A stretch of DNA of 64,000 nucleotides from an uncultured Thermoplasmatales archaeon (lineage in GTDB: Archaea > Thermoplasmatota > E2 > DHVEG-1): NCBI GenBank assembly GCA_964481275.1, contig CAYZTD010000002.1:133378-197377 (forward strand), given 5' to 3'. Positions 39,949 through 48,996 of this stretch are shown here, one piece after another; within the stretch, counting starts at the first letter, position 1; every line of letters begins with the position of its first letter. The translations under genes were made by a program, and so were the position numbers. The notes below the pieces were generated by a model. That model saw nothing but the letters and a program-made list of their open reading frames with translations. It was not told the DNA's origin and ran no database searches.

Positions 39949-40896
39949 ATGTCGGGCGAGGGCATAGGTTTTGGGAAAGCTATTTTGTTTAATGAACACT
40001 TTGTTGTGTATGGAGTACCTGCAATAGTATCTGCAATTGGAAATTATACTGTTGCAAAAGTAGAATCAAAAGATACACCGGGATGGAAAATAAATGATCA
40101 ACGAAGAGCAACTCCAAACTATAAGGAAGATAAAACAGATCAACAAAAAGACTCAATAAATTATATGATTAAAAGACTAGGTTTAAATCTATCAAAACAG
40201 GGAATAGAAATCACTCTTAATGGTAATCTATATGCAGCAAGTGGGATTGGAGCTAGCGCAGCATCTTGCGTTTCAATTGCTAGAGCACTATCAAAACACT
40301 TTAATCTAAATCTCTCTGATGAAGAGATAAATGAAGTTGGATATGAAGGAGAAAAAGGATATCATGGAACGCCTTCAGGTATAGATAACACAGCATCTAC
40401 ATATGGTGGGCTATTATGGTTTCAAAAAGGTGAAGAAAAAGTAATTGATATGATCGATATACAAAATCCTATAGGTATTGTTATGGGTAACACAGGAAAA
40501 GTAGCAGATACTACAAAAGCTGTTGAAGGTGTAAGACAGAGAAAAGAAAAAAATCCTGAAAAATATCAACAAATTTTTAATCGTGCAGAAAACATAGCCT
40601 ATTTAGCAAAAGATGCATTGCAAGATGAAGATTATCGCGAACTTGGGAAACTTATGGATGAAAACCATAGATTATTGCAACAAATAGAGGTTTCAAGTAG
40701 AGAACTTGATTTTCTTGTAAAACTTGCCCGTAATCAAGGAGCAATTGGTGCAAAACTTACTGGCGGCGGTCTTGGTGGAAATATGATAGCTTTAACACCA
40801 AAAAAAGAAATTCAGGAAAGAGTTGCAACTGCAATTGAAAAAGAAGGATTTCAAACAGTAAGAACAGTTATAGGTGCAAAAAGAATTGGGGAGTAA
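39949..40896 (+). CDS. mvk: mevalonate kinase (GHMP kinase)
   Basis: GHMP motifs LYAASGIGASAASCVSIARAL and KLTGGGLGGNMIAL. 315 aa. It is the first gene of the isoprenoid operon. Confidence 0.85.
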   Translation: MSGEGIGFGKAILFNEHFVVYGVPAIVSAIGNYTVAKVESKDTPGWKINDQRRATPNYKEDKTDQQKDSINYMIKRLGLNLSKQGIEITLNGNLYAASGIGASAASCVSIARALSKHFNLNLSDEEINEVGYEGEKGYHGTPSGIDNTASTYGGLLWFQKGEEKVIDMIDIQNPIGIVMGNTGKVADTTKAVEGVRQRKEKNPEKYQQIFNRAENIAYLAKDALQDEDYRELGKLMDENHRLLQQIEVSSRELDFLVKLARNQGAIGAKLTGGGLGGNMIALTPKKEIQERVATAIEKEGFQTVRTVIGAKRIGE

Positions 40897-40902
40897 TATT
40901 TT

Positions 40903-42213
40903 ATGAATCTTAGAAACTTTCTTTCTAAACTAGAAAAAGAAGGTAAACTTAAAAGAATAAAAAAACAAGTATCAATAGATAAAGAGATAGCAAATATTAT
41001 TTATACTCTAAACGAACAACCAGTTATTTTTGAAAATGTAAAAGATTACAATATTTCTGTATTTGCAGGTATAACATCAAATCGTGATATAATAGCAGAA
41101 GGACTTGAAACAACTAAAGAAAAACTTTTATTTAAATTAGTTGAAGCTCTCTCTAATCCAAAAGAGCCAAAAATAGTAAAAAACGCTCCATGTCAAGAAG
41201 TAATAATGAAAGATGTTGATCTTAAAAAAATACCAATACTTTTTCATCTTGATGGTGATGGTGGAAGATATGGCTCTGCTACAGTTGCAACTATTAAAGA
41301 CCCGGAAACAGGAAGAAATGTATCCTATCATAGAATAATGGAGATTGGTAAAAATAAATTTACAGCACGTCTTATTAAAAAAAGACAGACGAGAACAACC
41401 TATGATAAAATTGATGAGGATTTGGAAATGGCTGTATGTATTGGAAGTTCAGTAGCTGTTATGGTTGCTGCATCTCTTGGTCCTCCCTCAGGTGTTGATG
41501 AGTTTTCTATTGCAAATGCACTTGATAAAACAGATTTAGTAAAATGTGTCACAAAAGATTTAGAAGTACCTGCTGAATCAGAATTTGTAATAGAGGGAAG
41601 GCTTACTAGAGATCTTGATCGCGAAGGACCTTTTGTAGATCTGACTGAAACTCGTGATTTTGAAAGACAAGAACCTGTTTTTGTTGTTGATTGTATTACA
41701 CATAGAAAAGATGCTATGTATCAAGCTCTTATCCCTGGTAGACTTGAACATAAGACACTTATGGGTATGCCAAAGGAACCAACAATATATAGTGAAGTAT
41801 CTAAAGTTGTAGATTGCAAAAATGTCTATGTAACAATGGGTGGCGGTTCTTGGCTTCATGGTATTGTTCAAATAAAAAAGAAACATCCTGATGATGGTAA
41901 AAAAGCAATAGAAGCAGCGTTTAATGGACATAAAAGCATGAAACATGTAATCGTTGTAGATGAGGATGTAGATATCTATAATCCTCTCTCTGTTGAATGG
42001 GCAATTGCCACTAGATTTCAAGGTGATAAAAATCTAGTTATAAACCATAATCAACCTGGTAGCAGTCTTGATCCGTCTGGAAAACATATACCTGGTCAAA
42101 AAACACGTACAACAAAAGTAGGTGTTGATGCAACAATCCCATCTGATGTAAGTAAAGAAAAATATGAAACTGTAACTTATAAAAAAGTTGATTTAGATGA
42201 TTATCTCAGGTAA
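40903..42213 (+). CDS. UbiD-family prFMN-dependent decarboxylase, likely trans-anhydromevalonate-5-phosphate decarboxylase of the archaeal mevalonate pathway
   Basis: 436 aa with the UbiD fold. The gene sits between mvk and the AcnX-type dehydratase genes. Confidence 0.7.
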   Translation: MNLRNFLSKLEKEGKLKRIKKQVSIDKEIANIIYTLNEQPVIFENVKDYNISVFAGITSNRDIIAEGLETTKEKLLFKLVEALSNPKEPKIVKNAPCQEVIMKDVDLKKIPILFHLDGDGGRYGSATVATIKDPETGRNVSYHRIMEIGKNKFTARLIKKRQTRTTYDKIDEDLEMAVCIGSSVAVMVAASLGPPSGVDEFSIANALDKTDLVKCVTKDLEVPAESEFVIEGRLTRDLDREGPFVDLTETRDFERQEPVFVVDCITHRKDAMYQALIPGRLEHKTLMGMPKEPTIYSEVSKVVDCKNVYVTMGGGSWLHGIVQIKKKHPDDGKKAIEAAFNGHKSMKHVIVVDEDVDIYNPLSVEWAIATRFQGDKNLVINHNQPGSSLDPSGKHIPGQKTRTTKVGVDATIPSDVSKEKYETVTYKKVDLDDYLR

Positions 42214-42514
42214 AGGAAAATATAAGGTTTTTTTAGAAAAAAAAGAACTTGATGATGATTTAGTTTTTATTTTAGGTGGCGGTGAAAAATCCCATGTTGG
42301 TGGAGTAGTTATTTGTGAACCAGAAAAAAAACCAACTGTAATAAAGTTAGGTACTCACCATGATTATATTGTTTTAACGCCGATTGCCGAAAGAGCATGT
42401 GAAAAATATAATAAAACTGTAGCTGTAATTGGTGGTATACATATAGATAATGCAACCAAGGAAGAAATCAGTATAATTGTTAAAAATTGTACGGAGTTAT
42501 TAAAATGCATTTAA
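42197..42514 (+). CDS. small conserved hypothetical protein embedded in the mevalonate operon
   Basis: 105-aa ORF overlapping both neighbours in an operon-like arrangement. No recognisable family. Confidence 0.45.
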   Translation: MIISGKGKYKVFLEKKELDDDLVFILGGGEKSHVGGVVICEPEKKPTVIKLGTHHDYIVLTPIAERACEKYNKTVAVIGGIHIDNATKEEISIIVKNCTELLKCI

Positions 42515-43689
42515 CAAGAAAAGAGGAAAAAATCTTAGATGGGGAGAAAGGAGAAGTTGCAGAAAGACTTTTTAGGTTACTTGTAAGACTTGGTGATATA
42601 TATGGTGCAGATAAAATGATTCCTGTAGGATCAGTACAGGTTGCAGGTGTGTCATATAAATCAATTAGTGAACCTGGAACCGCTTTTCTTGAAGATATGG
42701 CAAATAAAGGAGCAAAAGTACAGGTTTTAACCTATTTAAATCCTGCTGGAATGGATCTAGAAAATTGGAAAAGTTTGGGTTTTCCAAAAGATTTTGCTAA
42801 AAATCAACTTAGAATTATGGATGCTTTTAAAAAAATGGGTATAGTTGTAACAAGTACTTGCACACCTTACTTAGCAGGAAATCTTCCTAGGTTTAGAGAA
42901 CATATTGCTTGGTCTGAATCTTCTGCTGTGTCTTTTTCTAATAGTGTTATAGGTGCTAGAACCAACCGTGAGGGAGGCCCTTCTGCACTTGCTGCTGCTA
43001 TATGTGGTGTTACACCAAATTATGGTCTTCATCTCTGGGGAAACCGTCAGCCTGGTTATGAGATTAAAGTAAATGCAGACCTAAATTTTAATTCAGATTT
43101 TGGTGCACTTGGTCATATTGTTGGAAAGATAGTGAAAAATAAAATACCATATTTTTCTGGTATAAAAAATGCCGATATTGATCAACTAAAAAGCCTTGGT
43201 GCTGCAATGGCTGCAAGTGGTGCTGTAGCAATATATCATGTAGAAAACTTAACACCAGAAGCAGATAGTGTCGAAAAGAATAATTTAGAAAAAGTAACTA
43301 TTAATCAAAGTGATATTGATAATGCGTATAAGGAACTTAGCACTGGTAAAGAACCTGATATTGTTATACTTGGTTGTCCTCATGCGTCTCTAAAAGAGAT
43401 ATCTAAATTATCAGATAAAGTTGAAGGTAAAAAACTAAGAAAACCAGTATGGATATGCACATCTCGTATGGTTAAAGAGGCTGCAGAACGTATGGGTTAT
43501 AATGAAATAATTGCAAAAGCAGGTGGATCTGTTGTTGCAGATACATGTATGGTGGTAAGTCCAATTGAAAATATGGGATATAAGACAACTGGTGTAAATT
43601 CTGGTAAAGCTGCTAATTATCTACCTGGTTTTTGTAAACAAAAAGTATGTTTTGCAAATATTGATGATCTTGTGGAGGGTCAACTATGA
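42505..43689 (+). CDS. aconitase X (AcnX) large subunit-type phosphomevalonate dehydratase
   Basis: About 395 aa, AcnX/DUF521-like (TSTCTPYLAGN..., GCPHASLKEI). It is immediately followed by the DUF126-type small subunit. ATG at 42505 is preferred over the TTG at 42487. Confidence 0.7.
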   Translation: MHLTRKEEKILDGEKGEVAERLFRLLVRLGDIYGADKMIPVGSVQVAGVSYKSISEPGTAFLEDMANKGAKVQVLTYLNPAGMDLENWKSLGFPKDFAKNQLRIMDAFKKMGIVVTSTCTPYLAGNLPRFREHIAWSESSAVSFSNSVIGARTNREGGPSALAAAICGVTPNYGLHLWGNRQPGYEIKVNADLNFNSDFGALGHIVGKIVKNKIPYFSGIKNADIDQLKSLGAAMAASGAVAIYHVENLTPEADSVEKNNLEKVTINQSDIDNAYKELSTGKEPDIVILGCPHASLKEISKLSDKVEGKKLRKPVWICTSRMVKEAAERMGYNEIIAKAGGSVVADTCMVVSPIENMGYKTTGVNSGKAANYLPGFCKQKVCFANIDDLVEGQL

Positions 43690-44069
43690 AAGGAAGAATG
43701 ATTTCTCCTGGAAAAGCAAAAGGGAAAGCTCTTGTGTCATCTGAACCAATTGGTTTTTATGGTAATGTAGATATCAACACAGGTAAAGTTATTGAGAAAG
43801 GTCATCCCTTGGAAGGGAAAAAAGTTACAGATAAGATACTTGTTTTTCCATGTGGTAAGGGTTCTACTGTAGGATCTTATGTTATATATGGCCTTAAGAA
43901 AAATAATGTTGCTCCTGCTGGAATTATTAATAAAGAAACAGAAACAATTGTTGCAACAGGTGTTATACTTGCTGGTATTCCATGTGTTGATAAAATAGAT
44001 ATAAGTAAAATAAAAGATGGAGATACAATTGAAATCGATGCAGATAACTCTATAGTTAGTATAAAATAA
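43686..44069 (+). CDS. AcnX small subunit (DUF126)-type phosphomevalonate dehydratase small subunit
   Basis: 127 aa. It overlaps the large-subunit stop, and the motif FPCGKGSTVGSYVIYGL is present. Confidence 0.65.
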   Translation: MKGRMISPGKAKGKALVSSEPIGFYGNVDINTGKVIEKGHPLEGKKVTDKILVFPCGKGSTVGSYVIYGLKKNNVAPAGIINKETETIVATGVILAGIPCVDKIDISKIKDGDTIEIDADNSIVSIK

Positions 44070-44074
44070 TTTTT

Positions 44075-45523
44075 TTAGTGTCTCATATTCCAGATGGTTC
44101 CAACACCTTTTAGATTTATTTCATGGTTTACATTATTATCTTCCCATGTAATTTTACCATTTATATTAGACATACCTATCTTCATTCCTACATGAGCAAA
44201 ACGTTTCCATGTTTGATCTAAAGTGTTTTGTGATTCAATATCTAAGTTTAGTTGTATGTTATTTTCTGAAAGTAAAATTTGAGTTACAGCAGTTTTTGAG
44301 GATATACTAATTTTATTAGGCATATTTAAAAGTAAAAATATTTTTTCTGAATCAGTTATTTTTACTTCTGTTTTTTGTAAAAGAGTTATTGTTTCTCCTT
44401 GATCTGATGTTATAATTATATTAGCAAATGGATTTATTTTGTATGTTTTTGTTGATTTAAACTCTGGAGTAAAATAATAATTGCTATAGTAAATATTCCA
44501 GCCGTTTTCAAGAGTCATGTGGCACCAATCCCATCCTCTTAATAATCCCGATGTTAGAAGACCTGATATCCATGTATGTTCATGATGTCCTATTCCCTTT
44601 ACTTCGGCTTCCATGCCATTAAGTTTTACTTTTCCTTTTACATTACATCCCATAAAAACATAACTTGCGATATTTCCTTTTGATTTATCAATTGGTCTAC
44701 TGCTATATGTCCAAATTGGAGGAGACTCAGCTTCATATGTCAAATCCATTTCTATGTCATCTTCACCTATTTTACCATCTATATGTATGTACCAGTTTGG
44801 AGCTCTACCTTGTACATATGAATCTTCAAATGAGACCTTAAACATTTTTTCAGATGATGAGGTTTGAAGGGTTGGTTCTGAAAGAAAACTATAATCTCCA
44901 AGAAGTGGTCTTTTTCTTTCTTCTATACCGCCGTATTCTTTTCCATCTGGGCTGTGTAGTGTTACAATTAATAAATCTGGTTTTGTGACAAATAAATCTC
45001 CTCTTGCCATATGATTAAAACTTATTGTCGCTGTCCAACCTGCAAGAGCGCTGTTTTTGCTAAAAACAACTGTATAATACCACCATTCTCTATTTATTAA
45101 AATTTGGCTTTTATAATGAGCTCCTTCGTTTTCTGGTGATACAACTCTTTGTTCTGGTAACATTATTGATGTAGGTAGTTTTTTTTCTTTTGTAAAAATC
45201 CATGAGCCATAATCAATACCTGTTTTTATATGAGTTATTGTAATTGTACCATAACAACCTGTTATTTCATCTCCTTCTACAACATTTTTTCCAAGTTTTG
45301 ATGTATCACAATTACCTGTTATTATTAGTTCATCCCATCTAACTTCTTTAGATACATATGTCACCTCAAGTTTTTTGTTTGCATCATCTTGTATAAAATG
45401 AATCTCCGGTGGTTTAGGTGCTCTTGGGTCTTCTATAATTTTTGCTCTAAATAAAACTATTGTGGATACAATTAATAGTATTACTATGATCACGACATCG
45501 ATTTTTTTAAGCTTTTTTTTCAT
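44075..45523 (-). CDS. membrane-anchored extracytoplasmic protein, unknown function (possibly lipocalin/AttH-CrtC-like hydrolase fold)
   Basis: 482 aa with an N-terminal signal-anchor (KIDVVIIVILLIVSTIVLF). Trp-rich. It converges on the mevalonate operon. The family assignment is uncertain. Confidence 0.55.
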   Translation of the reverse strand: MKKKLKKIDVVIIVILLIVSTIVLFRAKIIEDPRAPKPPEIHFIQDDANKKLEVTYVSKEVRWDELIITGNCDTSKLGKNVVEGDEITGCYGTITITHIKTGIDYGSWIFTKEKKLPTSIMLPEQRVVSPENEGAHYKSQILINREWWYYTVVFSKNSALAGWTATISFNHMARGDLFVTKPDLLIVTLHSPDGKEYGGIEERKRPLLGDYSFLSEPTLQTSSSEKMFKVSFEDSYVQGRAPNWYIHIDGKIGEDDIEMDLTYEAESPPIWTYSSRPIDKSKGNIASYVFMGCNVKGKVKLNGMEAEVKGIGHHEHTWISGLLTSGLLRGWDWCHMTLENGWNIYYSNYYFTPEFKSTKTYKINPFANIIITSDQGETITLLQKTEVKITDSEKIFLLLNMPNKISISSKTAVTQILLSENNIQLNLDIESQNTLDQTWKRFAHVGMKIGMSNINGKITWEDNNVNHEINLKGVGTIWNMRH

Positions 45524-46134
45524 TTCTCACCAGCCTACATAAGCACTTATTTTATACAGCTAATTAAATATTTACTGTTATTATTATTAAATCTTCTTTT
45601 ACAATTATTATCAAAAATTGAAAATTTTACAAAAAATTTCGAATTTGGACTTTTTAGTGTATATAGTCTGTGAAGTGCACACATATATACATATACAGCT
45701 GCGAAAAAGGCACTTAAAAGGGATAATAATTCTTAAGGTTAAGGTTAGATGGAAAGGGATTGAGCCAATTTTTCGGTTGAAAAATACCCATCCAATTACC
45801 CCTCTAAATCACCTCTTTACCCTTTCCATTGCTTTTCTTCCATTTCTAAATTTTAGTTGTTTATCTTACAGTCTGTAATACTTACACAAAACATTTAAAT
45901 AATATTATTTACAAAGTATAACATGAAGGTTGGTGAATTAAAAAATGAGAATTGTAAGTGATTTAAACTCCAAACAAGAACTCAAGGAAATGAAATCTGT
46001 AATGGAAATTTTTGTTGTAAACACCAGAATAAAACAATTAGCAGTAAATGCATAGATAACAACCTTCTTATTATCAATATATAGCCTCTAATTCCTCCTT
46101 TTTACTCTATACCTTTATTCTTACCTATAGGGGA

Positions 46135-46710
46135 ATGTTAATAACAGAGTTTTTTATTACAAAAGAACATTGGGGGCAATTTATGGTAGATAGAAAAGAT
46201 ATCCAAAACATTTTTTCAGAAGAATTAGAATGGATAGAAGACAAAGATTTAAGAGAAAAAGTAATAGATGTATGGCATAAAGCATCTCAACTAGGAAAAT
46301 GGGATGATCTAAAAAAGATACCATTTACCCTTCTTTTTGAAGGTTCAGGATTGTTAGTAGATCATACCAAAAGAGTAACTCATCTTGCAAAAGCAGTATA
46401 TGACAATAGAGATGAAAAATTAAACAAAGATTATCTAATAGCAGGAATCCTTTTACATGATGTAGGTAAACTTTTAGAATATGATGAAGTAAATGGAAAA
46501 ATTATAAAAGGAGAATACGGAAAAAAATTTAGACACCCAGTGTCTGGATCTATGCTTGCAAAAAATCTTGCCCTTCCAGATGAAATAGTACATATTATTT
46601 TTGCTCATTCACATGAGGGGGACAAAACAGAAAGATCACCTGAAGCTGTAATAGTACATCACGTCGATTTTATAGATTTTCATATTAAGAAAGGTTTGGT
46701 GAAAAGTTGA
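46135..46710 (+). CDS. HD-domain phosphohydrolase
   Basis: Metal-binding His/Asp motifs LLHDVGK and AHSHEGD. It is the first gene of a six-gene operon. Confidence 0.7.
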   Translation: MLITEFFITKEHWGQFMVDRKDIQNIFSEELEWIEDKDLREKVIDVWHKASQLGKWDDLKKIPFTLLFEGSGLLVDHTKRVTHLAKAVYDNRDEKLNKDYLIAGILLHDVGKLLEYDEVNGKIIKGEYGKKFRHPVSGSMLAKNLALPDEIVHIIFAHSHEGDKTERSPEAVIVHHVDFIDFHIKKGLVKS

Positions 46711-48203
46711 AAGTAACAAACGCTGCAGGAAAAAAAATTGAAACAAAAATTAATAACAGAATTTTTAAACCATATGCTGGAGGAAAAAAACATAGCGGAA
46801 AATCAAAAGTTGAAAAAGATATACCTACTGCTCTTAAAAAAGCAGGTATAACAAATGGTATGACACTTTCTTTTCATCATCAACTGCGTAATGGTGACTT
46901 TGTAATAAACAACACACTAGAATCAGTAAAAGATTTAGGTGTTAAAGATATTAGACTAGCACAAACAGCTCTTTTTGATGTACATGACCCAGTTATAGAT
47001 TTTATAAAAGATGGCATTGTAACAAGTATTGAGGGTAGTGTAAACGGAGCTGTTGGAGATTTTATATCAAAGAATAATCCATTAAAATCACCAGTAATAC
47101 TTCGTTCCCATGGGGGACGCTGGGCTGCAGTAAAATCAGGTGAACTTCATCCAGATATTGCAATAATTGCTGCATCTGGAGCAGATATAAGAGGAAATGC
47201 AACGGGCCTTCTAGGCGAAAGTGCTTTTGGGAATATAGCATATTCACAGGTTGATGCCTGGCATGCAGATAAAGTAATAATTGTTACAGATAATCTAACA
47301 GATTATCCCTGCCCATATAGAGAAATATATGAAGGACTTGTAGACTATGTAGTTAACATAGATAGAATTGGTAATCCAGATAAAATCGTCAGCGGTTCAC
47401 TTAAAATAACTAAAAATCCTATGAAACTTGAAATAGGTAAAAAATGTGTAGATCTTATGGATGCAACAGGGATTATAAAAAATGATATGATTTTCCAGGG
47501 GGGCGCAGGAGGTATATCGCTTGCCGCATTAAAATATCTGGGAGAAAGATTAAAAGAAAAAAATATGGTTGCAGCTTGTTCCACAGGTGGTCTTACAGAA
47601 TTCATAGTTAATATGTACAAATCTGGTGTTTTAAAACAAGTAAACACCTGTCAGTGCTTTGATACAACAGCAGTAGATTTTGTAAGAAAGCATTTAGAAT
47701 CTGCATCAACAATTGGTGAATATTCAGATCATACAATGAAAGGAAGAAATACAGATCGTTTGGATACCGTAGTTCTTGGTGCAACAGAAGTTGATACAGA
47801 TTTTAATGTAAATGTAAACACACATAGTGATGGAAGAATGCTTCATGGTATAGGTGGACACCAAGATGTGTCTTCTACTGCAAATCTAACAATAATTACT
47901 GTTCCGATTTTTAGAGGTAAAAACCCAATTGTTCGTGATGTTGTTACAACTATTACAACCCCTGGAGATATTATAGATGCAATTGTCACTAATGAAGGAA
48001 TAGCTATAAATCCAAAACGAAAAGATTTAATAGATTCATGTAAGGGGAAAATTGATTTAATAGATATAGAAGAACTCAAAAATATGGCATATGATGAAAC
48101 AGGAGGGCCTGTTGAACCAAAATCAGGAGAAGAAATAATTGGTATGACCAAATATTTTGATGGTACAGTACTTGATAACATTTATCAAGTTTTGGAGGAT
48201 TAA
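46707..48203 (+). CDS. citF: citrate lyase alpha-subunit homologue (CitF-type citrate CoA-transferase)
   Basis: Conserved blocks GMTLSFHH, LRSHGGRWAAVKSGEL and DRIGNPDKI align with CitF (for example E. coli GMTVSFHH / IHSHGGR / VQSGEL). 498 aa. Confidence 0.75.
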   Translation: MKVTNAAGKKIETKINNRIFKPYAGGKKHSGKSKVEKDIPTALKKAGITNGMTLSFHHQLRNGDFVINNTLESVKDLGVKDIRLAQTALFDVHDPVIDFIKDGIVTSIEGSVNGAVGDFISKNNPLKSPVILRSHGGRWAAVKSGELHPDIAIIAASGADIRGNATGLLGESAFGNIAYSQVDAWHADKVIIVTDNLTDYPCPYREIYEGLVDYVVNIDRIGNPDKIVSGSLKITKNPMKLEIGKKCVDLMDATGIIKNDMIFQGGAGGISLAALKYLGERLKEKNMVAACSTGGLTEFIVNMYKSGVLKQVNTCQCFDTTAVDFVRKHLESASTIGEYSDHTMKGRNTDRLDTVVLGATEVDTDFNVNVNTHSDGRMLHGIGGHQDVSSTANLTIITVPIFRGKNPIVRDVVTTITTPGDIIDAIVTNEGIAINPKRKDLIDSCKGKIDLIDIEELKNMAYDETGGPVEPKSGEEIIGMTKYFDGTVLDNIYQVLED

Positions 48204-48206
48204 AAA

Positions 48207-48977
48207 ATGAATTGGAAAACAAAAATTACAAAAGTAGAGCCAAATCATCTTATAACACGTGGTTATAGGCAGGAAGATCTTATTGGAAATATACCTTTTT
48301 CACATGTAGTATATCTTTTATTAAAAGGAGAGCTTCCAACAAAAGAACATGGAAAAATGGTGGATGCGATACTTACAGCATGTATGGACCATGGTGTTAC
48401 ACCACCTTCGTCAATGGCATCAAGAATTGTAGCATCAGGAGAAGTACCTCTTCCTACTGCAGTTGCTGCAGGAATACTTTCTATTGGAGATTCACATGGA
48501 GGAGCAATAGAAAAAGGTGCAAAGTTTTTACAAGATGGAATTAAAAAAATGAAAGATGAAAATATGGATATTCAAAAAATAGCAGAAACTTTAGTTTCAG
48601 AATCAAGAGAAAAAAAGAGGCGCATACTTGGTTTTGGACACAGAGTTCATACCTCTGATCCTCGTACTAAAAGATTATTCAAACTTTCTGATGAGTTAAA
48701 TATCTCTGGTGATCATATAGATTTATCAAAAAAAATTGAAAAAGAACTTGAAACAAATATTGGGAAAAAACTTCCAATAAATGTTGATGGTGCAATCGCA
48801 GCAATTATTTCTGATATGAATTTTGATTGGAGGCTTGGAAAAGCTTTCTTTTTACTTGGAAGAGTAGCAGGTATTACTGCTCATGTATATGAAGAACAAA
48901 CTGAATTTAAACCAATGAGAAAAATTTTTGATACAGATGTAGAATATGATGGAGAAAAAGAAAAAGATTTACCATAA
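48207..48977 (+). CDS. citrate-synthase-family short protein, citryl-CoA lyase (CCL)-like
   Basis: 256 aa with the citrate synthase catalytic signature GFGHRVHTSDPR. The length matches CCL rather than full-length citrate synthase. Confidence 0.7.
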   Translation: MNWKTKITKVEPNHLITRGYRQEDLIGNIPFSHVVYLLLKGELPTKEHGKMVDAILTACMDHGVTPPSSMASRIVASGEVPLPTAVAAGILSIGDSHGGAIEKGAKFLQDGIKKMKDENMDIQKIAETLVSESREKKRRILGFGHRVHTSDPRTKRLFKLSDELNISGDHIDLSKKIEKELETNIGKKLPINVDGAIAAIISDMNFDWRLGKAFFLLGRVAGITAHVYEEQTEFKPMRKIFDTDVEYDGEKEKDLP

Positions 48978-48996
48978 CATTTTGAGGTGAATTATT

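Noticed and set aside
40903-42213. UbiD as a ubiquinone/menaquinone biosynthesis decarboxylase
   Set aside because: The gene is sandwiched between mvk and the AcnX-type dehydratase subunits in a single operon. The archaeal mevalonate-pathway decarboxylase role fits the context better.
45618-45878. 86-aa ORF in the long intergenic region
   Set aside because: It has no start context, no homology features and an odd composition. It overlaps an inverted-repeat element and is more likely non-coding.
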